Assembly (NCBI GenBank): GCA_951406725.2
Contig: OX597824.1
Location: forward strand, 51,584,001-51,648,000
Source: Octopus vulgaris
Lineage: Eukaryota
Length of the DNA stretch: 64,000 bases
Direction of reading: 5' to 3'
Below, in pieces: positions 49,648 to 62,773 of the stretch (position 1 is the stretch's first letter; every line of letters starts with the position of its first letter). The notes below the pieces were generated by a model. That model was not told where the DNA came from. It did not search any database and saw only the letters and a program-made list of their open reading frames with translations. The translations under genes were made by a program, and so were the position numbers.

Positions 49648-50723
49648 CCCTTTCATTACCAAACCGCTCAAAGCCGCCCGAAAAAAATTTTGGTTTATGA
49701 GACCAAACCGCCCGAATTTACCTATTCATATTTAAATGAGAATATCAGAGCAAATCTCTTCAGTACATTCGTGAAAACACGTATTATACTTCGTAAACAG
49801 TTCAACTACAGTTTTGTACAATAATCGAAGTGTAATTTTAATTCCGTGAATTTTGGGAGATTTTTTTCCGAAATTTGTTCCTATTGTGTTTTCAAAATTT
49901 GTAATTCTGACAAAAAATGGATACGAATTTCATTATATCAAGCAGCGAGTCAGAATTCGAAGGATTTTCTACTGAAGACCTTCATAAATCTAACTCCATG
50001 ACTGAAAAAAAAAAGCATGTGGTATTTGATAATGAATCTGATGTTTCATTTTCCGAAAGTGAAAACAGTGAATCTGAGATCTCCGATAGCGATAAAGAAA
50101 ACGAATTGGCACCTGAATGGAGTGAAAATTTAAAAACTGTTTCTTTCGGTGATTTTTCTGAAGAAACTGGACCAAGCCACAGACTTTCCCAGGAGAGTAA
50201 AGCCTTAGGCTATTTCTATTTACTTTTTCGAATGAGCCTATTTGAAATCATTACGGCGAAAACGAACCATTACGCTAAACGTAAACAAAACGAAAGAAAG
50301 GATAGTTTGTGGTTTCCCACAACCTTAAATGAAATTAAGACTATTTTGCCATAAATATTATTATGGGTATCAGAAAGTTACCCAGAATAACAAATTCTAT
50401 CGTAAAATTTTGTTGTATACCCAATTGAATATTAGCTAATAACCCATTTTCTATAGCGATGTTTGAACAAAATTTTAATAATTTTATATTTTGTGGAATT
50501 TACCTGTATCTACCTACAATTAGAGTCACTTTGTGACAAAAATTATAGTATAGAATTGGTTGAGAATATTTCATTAAATTATCTTCCAAAAATCAGATTA
50601 ATATATCGATAAATAAAAAAGTTATAGTTGTTTAATGAAACCAGACTAAATTTATGATTACGTTAGAAATTAATTGAAACACATAAGGGGTGTAATTTGG
50701 TCAGAAATATAGTAACGAAAGGG
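49648..50723 (+). mobile_element. Internally deleted piggyBac element with transposase N-terminus (ORF 49917-50354)
   Basis: TTAA TSDs at 49644-47 and 50724-27; TIRs ccctttcattacca / tagtaacgaaaggg; acidic N-terminus and F.E.TGP...YF.LLF...I...TN.YA...W.PTT..EIK. Confidence 0.9.
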
Positions 50724-52304
50724 TTAAATATATTGTAATCTTAAGTATCATGACTGTGTTAATTACTTGAAATGCAGGTTTCAAACTAGAAAAGTTTACA
50801 CACCATAAAAGATTTGATGATTGTGATTGTAGTCATCACAACAGATGATGTTTAACATCACATTTAACCCTTTTGTTATTATATTTCTGTCGAAAAAAGC
50901 ATTGTTGTGGGTGCTGGTGTTCACATAAAAATCACTGCTGCTGGTGTCACGTAACAAACACTGGTGATGGTGCCAAATAAAAAGGACCCAGTACACTGTA
51001 TAAAGTGGTTGGCATCCAGCCATAGAAACCAAACCAAAATAGATTATGGAACTTAGTGTGGCCCCTGGCCTTGCCAGTTCCTGTCAGGTCATCTAACTCA
51101 TGGAAAATGGATGCTAAATGTTGATGATGATGATGACATATACTGCTTTTGTTTCATTTGATTTTGAAAGTTATTAAGAACTTATTAAACTAACTTTGTC
51201 ATTTTCTAGCTGGTGTTTAGAACAAAGATTAATGTAAAATTTTGATGTAAGGTTTAATTTAGATCACTTAAAAGAATGGAATTTGTATCATAGAATCCAG
51301 AGTGGTTTCAGGCAGCTTAGTCCCAAAAGAGTTAAAAGGAAAGACAGTGATTCAGAGTTTGAATGTTAATATGATCAAAGTAGTCTTTCATGCTTATTAG
51401 TTAAAAGTATAGTGAGTGTATTTGCTAGTATTGAACATAAAGGAGAATTGTTTAAAATAGCAGCCTGATTATAATGGTTTCAAATTTTTGGCACAAGGCC
51501 AGCAATTTTGTGGGAGGGACTTAGTTGAATAGACTAACTTCAGTGCTCAACTGGTACTTATTTCATTGACCCCAAAAGATAAAAGGCAAAGTCAACCTTG
51601 ATGAGATTTGTACTTAGAACATAAAGGAATTCCACTAAAACAATTTTCCCAGCATGTTAATGATTCTGCTAGCTCCCTGCCTTAGCAGCTTGATAATTAT
51701 AAATTTGCAGATAAGTTGTTGGAAACACATCTTGGCATCAAATATATTTGCTGATATATGTAGGAATGGCAGCTGTGCCAGTACTCTGTGGATGGATGAT
51801 ATATGGTGAGAAGAGTGGAGAGATGTTGTGAACTGATTGTAGAAGGTTAAATACAAGGGGTGTTTGGGAAGATATAGTAAGGTCACACCTGAGGATTTTG
51901 TACCTCACAGAAAGGAGTATACAAATCCAGGCCTTTTGGAAATAACTATTATAAGTGAGTGTGAACTTTTTTAATACTCCCTGTATTAATCCATTAGCAT
52001 TTAAACTGGCCATGTCAAGTCCAAATATTTTACCTGTTTTATGTTCAAACTGACCAGATCCAGCCTTTTGCACCAACCCTGCAATGTCATTCTAAAAGTA
52101 AATAATCACATCATCAAAATCATGTAAGTATAATATAATAAATGATTGATTCAAAGCAATGGGAATAAATAAGCATTACATTTGAGAGTAATCTGAATGT
52201 CAAAAGGTTAAAACATGTTAACTAGAAAAGACTAAATGGTGAAGAGAAATCAGCCAGTCATTGACTAATATTGTTTTGATTCTGTTGACAAGTATTGACA
52301 AATA

Positions 52305-54105
52305 TAGGGTGCTAAGGTATTTTAGGGCATACCTTTTTTGGATCATTGCTGAATACTTTGATGATCTATATAATCTTTGTTCCATAAAATAATAATGGCA
52401 GACCTTCAGCTTTTTCAAGAAATGAAGAGGCATGCTGTTATTGTGGTTATAAAGGCTGAGTGTAGTAATTCAGAAATATCTCGAGTTTTAAAAGTTGCCA
52501 GATTTTTCATCTACAAAGTTTGTAAGGAGCTAGAGACTGAAGATGGAAACATATCACCAGTATCAAAGCATAAAAAGCATTCTAAACACTCTGAAATCAT
52601 CAGAACACCTGAATTTATCCAACAAGTTCAGCAGACCATTGATTACATCATCATCATCATTTAACGTCCGCTTTCCATGCTAGCATGGGTTGGACGATTT
52701 GACTGATGACTGGTGAACAAGATAGCTGCACCAGGCTCCAATCTGATCTGGCAGAGTTTCTACAGCTGGATGCCCTTCCTAATGCCAACAACTCCGAGTG
52801 TGTAGTGGGTGCTTTTACGTGCCAATGGCATGAGGGCCAGTCTGGCGGTAGTGGCAATGGCCACGCTCAAATGGTGTTTTTTACATGCCACCTGCACAGG
52901 AGTCAGTCCAGTGGCACTGGCAACAAACTCACTCGAATGTTTAGTTCACGTGCCAGTAAGGCGATACTGGTAACGATCACGTTCAAATGGTGCTTTTTAT
53001 GTCCCACCGGCACGGAAGCCAGACAGTTGCTCTGGCAGTGATCCCACTTGGATGGAGCTGTTAGCACTCCACTGACACGGGTACCAGTCATCGAATTTGG
53101 TTCAATTTTGATTTCACTTGCTCCAACAGGTCTTCGCATGCAGAGTTTAGTGTCCAATGAAGGAAGGTTGGCATGGGTGCCAGTCATCAAATTTGGTTCA
53201 ATTCGATGGACAATCTCAGAAAGTCCATGAGGTCAATTGTAAAAGATATCCATGTGTCAGAAGGAACAGTCAGAAATGGTGTCCACAAAGACATCAAATA
53301 TAAGTCTTATATGATGAAAGGTCAATTTGTCCAAAAAAGCAAAAGAAAATTACTACATCATATATAAAAGGCTCTTAAACAAACTGAAAAATCCAGCAAA
53401 AGAAGATTTGATTTGGTTTTTCTCAAATGAGAAAAGCTTCGACCAAGATCAAAAAGTTAACAGAAGAAGTGACATGTTTATTTGCAGACCATTCTGAAGT
53501 TCCAAGTGCTATGCATTCAACATTTCCTGCAACTGTCATGGTTTTATGGGTTGTCAGCAATGAAGGACATTTGATGCCTCCTTACTTCTTTCCACAAAGC
53601 CTTAGAGTTAACTCTGCTGCCTACTTTGAGGTCCTGGAAATAATTGTTAAGCCCTGGATAGACAGTGAATGCAATAGAAGGCCATATGTGTTTCAGTAAG
53701 ACTCACACATGGCTCTAGTAACACAGGAATGGATGACTGAAAATTTTCATGATTACATAACCCCTAACGTTTGGCCTCCTAATTCCCCAGATCTCAATCC
53801 ATTGGACAATTACATGTGGAGCATTGTTGAGAGAGAGATCAATAAACACGCACATAACACCAAAGATTCGATTAAAGCTGCCATAGAATAATGTCCAAAA
53901 TGAACCACTTGATTTGAATATTTAGATGATTTAGATCTCATATAGAAGCAGATGTTGAAGCTGAAGGTGGCTTTATTGAATAACATTATAGAAAAGAAGG
54001 TTTATTTTTATCCTCATAGAATTTTTTGATAAATAAAGTTATCTGTTATTATATATCTGTTTTTCTATAAACATAAATCTGTCCTCAAATATCTTATGCA
54101 CTCTG
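52305..54105 (+). mobile_element. maT/DD37D-like Tc1-mariner transposon, decayed, with an RTE 3' fragment (52645-53205, minus strand) inserted
   Basis: TA-flanked TIRs agggtgc.aag.tattt.agg.ca / tgtcctcaaatatcttatgcactctg; motifs FS.EK, VMV..VVS.EG..MPP.FF, WPPNSPDLNPLD..MWS. Confidence 0.85.
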
Positions 54106-55465
54106 TAAATGGACATGGGTATAGGCATGGCTGTGTGGCTTGCTTCTCAGCCACATGGTCCCGAGTTCAGTTCCACTGCATGGCACTTTGGGCAAGTGTC
54201 TCTACTATAGCTTTCAGCTGACCAATGCCTTGTGAGTGGACTTGATAGATGGAAACTGAAAGAAGCCTGTCATGTGTGTGTGTTTGTCCCCTGCCATAGG
54301 TTGACAACCAGTGTTGATTTGTTTAGTTTCTCATAACTTAGCAGTTTGTCAGAAGAGACCAACAGAATAAGTACTAGGTTTAAGGAAAAGATAAAATAAG
54401 TCCTAGGATCGATTTGTTCAACTAGAACCCTTGAAGGTGGTGCCCCAGCATGGCCACAGTCAGATTAATATAACAAGTAAAAGATAAGATAAAAGATAGG
54501 CTTGGATGTATGGTTAAGAAGTTTACCTCTCAACTGTGTGGTTCTGGCTTTGATCCCACAATGTAACACCTAGGTCAACCGCCTTCTGATAAATGAAGGG
54601 CTGTTTTCTGAAAGACAGTTTCTTGGATTCACTGTAGTTGTATGTGCATATGTGTACATATATAGATATGCTCAAATGATTTGTACTTACACTCCAAAAT
54701 CTTTACTGAGGGCTAAGTCTACATAGTAAAGAGTAATGGAGTCAGTGATGTAAATAAACAAGTGAAACTGCTTGGGTTTGATACAAAATATTTTCTGTGT
54801 CTTTATACACTGTGTAAGCTCGCTCTGTTAATATATAAATATCTATATATTTCATCATTATCATCATCATCATCATCATCATTGTTTAATATCTGCCTTC
54901 CATGCTGGCATGGGTTGGGTTGTTTGACAGGAGCTGGCCAGGCAGAAGACTGCACTAGACTTCTGTATGTTTTGGCAGGGTTTTTACAGCTGGATGCCCT
55001 TCCTAATACTTGAATATTCATTGACTGAAAATTTTCAGTCTTTGATTTCTCTCAATCTACAAGTATACATGAATTTTGTATATCTTACCCAAGCGGTTTT
55101 ATTTGTTTACTAGTAACATTATCTCCATATCTGCTCACCTGGATTCCTCTTGTAACCACTCTTTATCCCATGGACTTAATCCTTGGTGGAGATTTCAGAG
55201 TGTAGGTTCTATATTGAGCATCTCTTGATCTCATCTGTTGACTCTATCCCATATATAGATGTATGTGCATGCTTATGTGTATTTGCAGGGTACATTGTTT
55301 TGGAGTGAAAAAAAATAATGAAATACTTAGATAAGTTTCAATGGTCCATTCCATAATTCTGCTCTATCAGAACTCGTTGCTATTCATTATTTAGTGTTGT
55401 TAGTCTTCTGCTATTATCAACTGTCCAAGGAAACTTTTAGATTAATTATCTATTTTATCTTGCAG

Positions 55466-55527
55466 CTATCCTCTCATTTGATACATCACTTATGGACTTG
55501 GAGAAGTTAAAAACACTTTATGAGATT
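55466..55527 (+). CDS. FMN: Formin FH2 exon (AILSFDTSLMDLEKLKTLYEI)
   Basis: Acceptor ttgcag, donor ATT|gtaagt, 62 bp (phase 1 to 0); FH2-like sequence. Confidence 0.9.
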
Positions 55528-56210
55528 GTAAGTATCTGAGTTCTTCTTTTACCTTTTACTTGTTTCTGTCATTGGACTGGTACTTATTCTGTCAGTCACA
55601 TTTGCCAAACCACCAAGTTACAGGGATGTAAACAAACCAGCACTGGTTGTCAAGCAATGGTAGAGCGCACACACAGATGCAGAGACAAACGTGCGCGCAC
55701 ACACACACACACGTGATGGTCATCATTCAGTTTCAAACTACCAAAGCTAATCACAATGCTTTGATCAACCTGAGGCTATAGTAGAAGACACTTGCCACAC
55801 AGTGAGACTGAACCCGGAACCATGTGGTTGAGAAGGAAACTTCTCACACAGCCATGCCAGTGCCTACTGGTCATTGTAACCCTATGAAGTAAATATCTTG
55901 CTGGCTCATGTAATCCTATAATATCTTAAATGTCTTCCTTGTCATCCGTGTAAAAATATATTTTCCTATTTTTGATATTTTGATATTTTAAAAATTTATT
56001 CTCAGTTATAATTTCCCAGGTATTTGCTGTTGTTGAATTTCAGACAAAATACAATGCAACTTTTAATGTTTGCCCTTCCAGGGTTAATAAAATAGATACC
56101 AGTGAAATACCGCTACTTACTTATTGTTACACATGTAACTGTCGATTCTCTCTCCTGCAAATTTCTGGCCTTGTTCCTATGTAAGAAATCATTACTATTG
56201 ATATTTTCAG

Positions 56211-56290
56211 AGAGGTGAGAAAGCAGAATTGCAGAAAATTGAAGACAGCATTGCAAAGAATCCTGATGTGGCCCTTGATAAACCTGAACA
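56211..56290 (+). CDS. FMN: Formin FH2 exon (RGEKAELQKIEDSIAKNPDVALDKPEQ)
   Basis: LDKPEQ motif. Acceptor ttttcag, donor CA|gtatgt, 80 bp (phase 0 to 2). Confidence 0.92.
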
Positions 56291-57537
56291 GTATGTATTG
56301 TTATGATAATTGCTGTTATTTAGACCCAAGTTAGCCTTGATTGAGTAGTCTTCAGCAGTTCCAGCTGTGTTTATCTTACTTTCTTTTATTGATTTAATGT
56401 ATCTAGGATTGAATAGATGGGGCATGAGTAGGATCATTGGAGTATGAACATTGTAGCTATGTGTGGGAACTGATGCATGCTGCAGGTTTCATTAAACATC
56501 AGCATCTCACATACTCATCATCGTTATGGCTGGGTTCCAACTTTGGTCAGTACTCATTAAAATATTACAAATTCTGTTTCAGAACCTCGTTGAGAGGCAA
56601 ACAAAACCATGAAGGAGCTTTTATGTGTTTGCATGACTTGCTAATATTTACAGCTAAATCTCACTCAAATCATACACTCTATGCTTTTTGGTTAGAGGCT
56701 GTGCTGCTTTTAGGAAAAAATATATTGATATGTTTTACTTGCTTCAGTCAGTGGTCTGTGGCCATACTCGGGCACTACCCTGAAGGGTTTTAGTCAAATG
56801 AATTGACCCTTTTACTCACATTTTTAAGCCTGGTCATCTATTCTATTGCTCTCTTATGCTGTGCTATTAAGCTAAAGGGATGTAAACAAACTGATACTGT
56901 TGTCAAACAGTTGCAGGGGACAAACACAAAGGCACACACACATATATGATGGGCTTCTTACAGTTTCTATCTACTAAAGAAGCCAGTCACAAGGCTTTGG
57001 TCAGCCTAGAGCTATAGCAGAAGACACTTGGGACTGAACCGAGAACTGTGAAGTTGAGAATCAAACTTCTTGCCACAAAGCCATGCCTATATCTTTAGAA
57101 ACAATTTGATAGGAAAGAAAAAATATATTCTTTAGTACTAAATTACTATATAGACTTATGGCTGATAATTTGATATCATTGGTACTGGAAAAATGCTTCA
57201 TTGTATTTAATTACTTCTGTTTATGTTCTGTGTTCATATCCTGTTTAGGTCATTTTTTCCTTTCATTCTTCAACTCTCAATAAAACAAAATGAATTATGT
57301 ACTTGGAGATAATTAAGACAACCATACTCTCTCCTAAAACATTTGCTTTTTACCTCTGATAGAAGTATTATTACTTAAGAAAACATTTGTCTTTGATTCC
57401 AGCTCAGGTTAGTTTATTAGAAATAAATTTACAAATACCTAAAATTAGACGAAACAAAACTATTTTAATGAGATCTTAGGGCACTTAAGATATACTTTAC
57501 AATGTATATTTTTGTCTCTCTATGCTCTGTGTTCTGG

Positions 57538-57574
<37 letters not shown>

Positions 57575-57985
57575 TGCAGGCATGGCTGTGTGGCTAAGAA
57601 GTTTACTTCTCAACCACATGGTTTCAGGTTTAGTTCCACTGTATGACACCTTGAGCATGTGTCTTCTATTATAGGCCTTGTGAGTGGATTTGGTAGACAA
57701 AAACTGAAACAGGCCCATTGTGTATGCATGTGTGAGTTGGTGACTCCTTGTCTTTACATTGCATAATAGTCGTAAACAAGTGTCACTGTCATATGGTAGT
57801 GTTCTTCAATTCCAGTCTTCCAAAAAAATGTCTGGCCATGGGTAAATATTACCTAACTAAGAAATAGGTGAGGGTTGGCAACAGGAAGGGCATCTGACCA
57901 TAGGCAACCTGCCTCAACAAATTCTCTCCAAAACATGTGAGCATGGAAAAGTTGATGTCAAAACAGTGATGATGATTATGATATA

Positions 57986-58018
<33 letters not shown>

Positions 58019-58053
58019 GTATGTATGTATGTATATGTGTATTTACTTTTCAG

Positions 58054-58183
58054 ATTTTTACATGACCTCAATCAAATACCTGACTATGCTGAACGGATAT
58101 TCTGCTTTATATTTCAATCTACATTCCAAGAAAACATATCAGTCTTGGAAAATAAACTGAACAATTTAAAGATGACATGTGAA
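58054..58183 (+). CDS. FMN: Formin FH2 exon ([43 protein letters not shown])
   Basis: FL..L..IP...ER.FC..FQSTF motif. Acceptor ttttcag, donor GAA|gtgagt, 130 bp (phase 2 to 0). Confidence 0.95.
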
Positions 58184-58417
58184 GTGAGTAAACATTGTTT
58201 CTTTAAGCCTAATTATGTTGTTTTTTTTTATGTGACTGGCTATAAATTTATAGTATTCAAGATTATAACCTATTCACCAGCTGGTTGTTATTGTCAAAGT
58301 ATACATTTGTGTAAACCTAACTGCTTCAATAGAATAGAAAATATCTTAAGTTCATAAAGAGACCTCAAGAAGAAAGATAATGCTATGGCTTGCTGTGTTG
58401 GCAACATACCATGATAT

Positions 58418-58627
58418 TTAACCCTTTAGCATTTGAATCGGCCATATCAGGCCAATATTCAAACTGGTGATAGCCAGCCTCTCACATCTATCCTACAATG
58501 TAATTCTAAGCATAAACCATTATACTATCGAAATCTCAAAGCTACAAGGTAATGCATGATTAATTAAAATAATGTGAATAAATAAGCATTGCATTTGGCA
58601 GAGTTATCTGAATGCTAAAGGCTTAAT
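58418..58627. mobile_element. TTAA-flanked (piggyBac-type) MITE of ~210 bp; relatives at ~30491-30716, 36562-36780 and 51986-52211
   Basis: Termini ttaaccctttagcatt ... aatgctaaaggcttaa; the internal sequence (tgtcaaatgtaatgcttatttattc, ggatatggccagttt) is shared among the copies. Confidence 0.75.
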
Positions 58628-59500
58628 GGTTGTGTTTCTAGAGAGCAATCTGTTCTGACTTTTGCTATCTCAAACGTCTTTAAAAAGACGCTACAGGAAA
58701 GAAACATCTCTTTGCTGTTAGCTGGCCTCAATCCCAGCTGCTGCAGTTTGTAATAAACTGGAGTTTTATGGAATTTTATCTTAAGGAAATAGTTTCTTTT
58801 CATAAGGTAATGAGTTTAGAAGATCTGTGAAAGGAGCCCCTATCCTTTTTTGTGAGCCTGAGAAAATTTATATAACCTGACATGAAGAGATATCTTGGCT
58901 GGATTTTCTTTCAGTATTTTATTTATTAGTTAACTACTACTTTTATTTTATTGAAGCAGTGTCATTACAACTGGTCATCCTTTGCTTTTGGAGACTGGAA
59001 GAAAATAGTCCTTTAGTTGAAAAACAGATAATGGTTGGTGACAAGATGGGAATCCAGTTGTAGAATGCTGTCTGAAATATGTTTTCATCCATCCTAAGCT
59101 AACATGGAAAAATGAATGTTAAGTAAATGAATGGATGAATTTTGTGGTATGACGCAACTTACACTGATTTCTTTATGCAAGCTTGGCAAGGTGAAAACAG
59201 CAATGAGATATATCTTCCACTGATAGAACGTCATTGCACTACAGGGTTCATTAATGCTAGGATTTATGCTTTGGCACTGAAAGTTAATAAAACTTTCATT
59301 AATTATAGTGATGTCTTGTAGCTGATATCATTGTACTGCTTCTCATCTGGTCTATTTTATAAGCAAGTGGTTTGAAGCTGGGGAACATAAAATATAACTC
59401 CAGTGATGAGATCTGGAAGATGATTGTAGTAAATATATATCTGGAAGTTCATCAGAAATTGTTGCAGCTCATTTTTTTTTCAGTAGCTTTTTGGTAGTGA

Positions 59501-59670
<170 letters not shown>

Positions 59671-60662
59671 GCCTTTGGAAGGTTTTTATCTCAGTAACTC
59701 ACTAATGCAAGTTTTGTTTTATTGATAGATACTGAAGTTGATTTCAAATAAGGCCCAGAAACTAGGAATATAATCTATCTGCTGTTTTCATCATAATAAT
59801 TACATTCTGGGTGGGATTGTCATGGAAAGGGAGGTGAAAAATTACTGAAGGCCTAAGTAAAACAGTATAATCCAAGACCAATAAATATGCTGACTGAACC
59901 AGCACAATGGAGGCTGTTGCTTACAAGTATGTTGGGTGAAAGCCAGCCAGAATATCAGAGTTTAAAAGCAATGATGTTATTATGTGGACTCAGGGTGGCC
60001 CTCATAGAGCAAACGTTCAACTGAAGTATCTGGTACCTTGCTGTATTCAAGAAGATATGTCCTCCACAGAAGTGTTTATGTCACCCGCTCTGCTAAAGAG
60101 GATTGGCCTGCATGAGCCCTGTCCTGGTGCTGCATAAAAAGCACATGTGCTGGAGCCATATATTAGCACCTATGCTGGTGCCACATAAAAGTGCCTGTGC
60201 TATGTAAAAAGTTCCTCACACACTGCCAAATGGTTGACGTTAGGAAGGGCATCCAGTCAAACTGTCCAGCCCATGCCAGCATGGGAAATAGGCGTTAATG
60301 GCTGATAATGATAATGATGCTGGTTGAATGAGCAGATGCAATCAACAGATCTGTTGTTAGTAATATGTATGAAGGTGGTTGTAATATGTATGAAGGTAGT
60401 AGCAGCGTTATTGGTGGTGACAAACCGGTTCTAAAACACGTACAGCATTATTCCTCATTATCTTTCAGGTACATATTTACTATTACTGCATTTCTGTTTC
60501 CATTAATACTGTTGTATTGTATTCACCGTCATGACCTCTTAGCCTTTCGTATGTTTCCCCACTGCTATTTATTTGTCTAGGCTGAATGATTAAATGCACC
60601 ATAGTGTAATGCTTCGAAACACATCACCGACGTACATTTAAAGGGAAATAACTTTGTTTTAG

Positions 60663-60735
60663 GCAATGGTGACTGGCGTGTCTATAAGAAGAATGCTCTC
60701 CCTTGTCTTAACTATGGGAAACTACATGAACGGAG
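60663..60735 (+). CDS. FMN: Formin FH2 exon (AMVTGVSIRRMLSLVLTMGNYMNG)
   Basis: GNYMNG FH2 signature. Acceptor ttgttttag, donor G|gtaat, 73 bp (phase 0 to 1). Confidence 0.95.
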
Positions 60736-61273
60736 GTAATCTATATTTATAGTTTCTTGTCATTATTGTAGTTTTTTATAATGTTTTTGCCAGAATCATA
60801 AAATACGAATTACTTATTAATATTAAACATTATTAATATGATATAAATTATTAATAATATATATTTATGTGAAACAGGATGAGACCCATTGATGCTTAAG
60901 CAGAACTAGTTTGTTAAGGAGGCCCATCAGTTTACTAAGGTCTTATTGCTCAATACTTTAATAAAAATAAATAAATAAAAATAACTTTTAAAGTCCATAG
61001 AATACCTGATGTCTGATAGTAAGACCCAATCTTGTTATTTAGTGGAGGAAATATAAACTTTCCTTGGATAGGCTGGTTGTCTATCTCATGTAATATTCTA
61101 AAGTGTATTGTAGGAACTCGTTACTTAAGAACTGGTAGTGTCCATTCTGCTATTTCATTGATACTTGGTTCTTGGTTGCATGTCAGTACATGTGGCGTTA
61201 TTATAATGTAGTATTTCCCCCAGGGCTTTGGAACTAGTTTGTCAATATTGTAACTAATTTCTTTTATATTTAG

Positions 61274-61347
61274 GTCACATGAAACGTGGTCAAGCTGATG
61301 GATTTGGGCTGGAGATTTTATCAAAACTGAAGGATGTTAAAAGTAAG
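61274..61347 (+). CDS. FMN: Formin FH2 exon ([25 protein letters not shown]); gene continues past the window
   Basis: [18 protein letters not shown] motif. Acceptor atttag, donor AAG|gtaat, 74 bp (phase 1 to 0). Confidence 0.95.
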
Positions 61348-62773
61348 GTAATCTCTCATTTTCTACTTTCTTCTGGAATTTCCTATGGAAGTGAAGTGAA
61401 CAATTTTGGACCAAGCTGGATTATAAACCTAAGACAAATGTTCTGCATCTTAGTTTGTGGGCAGCATTTGACTTTGTTTCTCTTGCAGAGCTATAAAAAA
61501 AATTCTATGTCAATATCAAGAATTTGGTTTCAGGCTTGAAGTACAAGGAAAGATCATGTATTTAAGATTATTGTAACCTATTCTAACTTTGCATGGTGGA
61601 TATAAAACCACCTATTAGACTATATAATAACATATGCTACTGAAGTAGTGTTAAAATATACTGTGATAAATTATCAATTTAGATAATGGATTTTTTGAAT
61701 GAAATTTAGACTTGTCCTCCATAGCAGAAATGTTAAGATTGTATCCCCTGGTGAAGAGGCTTGGTTTGCAAGAGTCCTGTTTCAGTGCCATGTAAAAACA
61801 CTCATGGCAGTGGCATGTTAAAAGCACCCAGCACACACTGTAAAGTGGTTGGCATTAGGAAAGGCATCCAGCCATAGAAACCAAACCAAGTCACACTGGA
61901 ACCTGGTGCACCTCTCTGGCTTGCCAACTCTGGTCAAACAATCCAACCTATGTCAGTATGGAAAATGGACTTTAAAGGAAGATGATGGTTTGTTGAATCT
62001 TTTTCTTGTATAGTTTCACTAATCAAGTGAAATAATTCTCAGCTAAACAAACTTGCTGATATAGCTCTACCTGGGTATGTATCTAGTCTAGGAGAAAATA
62101 CCTACTTTAAACCATAACTGCTATTATTTCTAATTTATTTCAGAGTAGACTTGAAGGATTCCCGACTTTCAGTTCTCCATTTACTCCCTCGTGGTATTAC
62201 TGTAGAACTCAATGGATAGTGTTGGTCTCTATTCAAGCTCAGTAATTGAACAACTATTCATAGAACAGGCCTAATAGAAACCGTTTTGCATTTTTAGTAA
62301 CATTGTTTTGCTGTTCTTAGTTTGCTTTTCTGTCCATCAATTACAGTTTCATCACCTTTATAGGATTGTATATCATGGATTTGCTATGTATCATTCTTTG
62401 AATAAGCATGTAATGTCTGCATCATTAATTTACATATTAGTGTATGTGTACTCAAGAAGACCTGCCCACCACAACAGAATAGGGATCCTTAAACCAAGGC
62501 ACCATGTAAAAAGCATTGCTGTGGGTGTTGGTGCCACATAAGAAGCACTGTGCTGGTGCCATGTAAAAAAAGTAACCAGTACGCTCTATATAGTGATTGG
62601 TATTTGGAAGGACATCCACCTGTAGAAACTAAGCCAAAACAGACTATGGAACTTGGTGTGGCTCCTGGCCTTGCCACTTCCTGTCAAGTTGTTCAACCCA
62701 TGCCAGCATAGAATACGAATGTTGAGTGTTGATGATGATGATGAATTAGTACCCATATATGAATTAGTACCCA

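Noticed and set aside
60581-60625. Hammerhead-like ctgaatga...gaaac
   Set aside because: The core has an extra base and stems I and III cannot be formed; it lies in the acceptor region of a formin exon.
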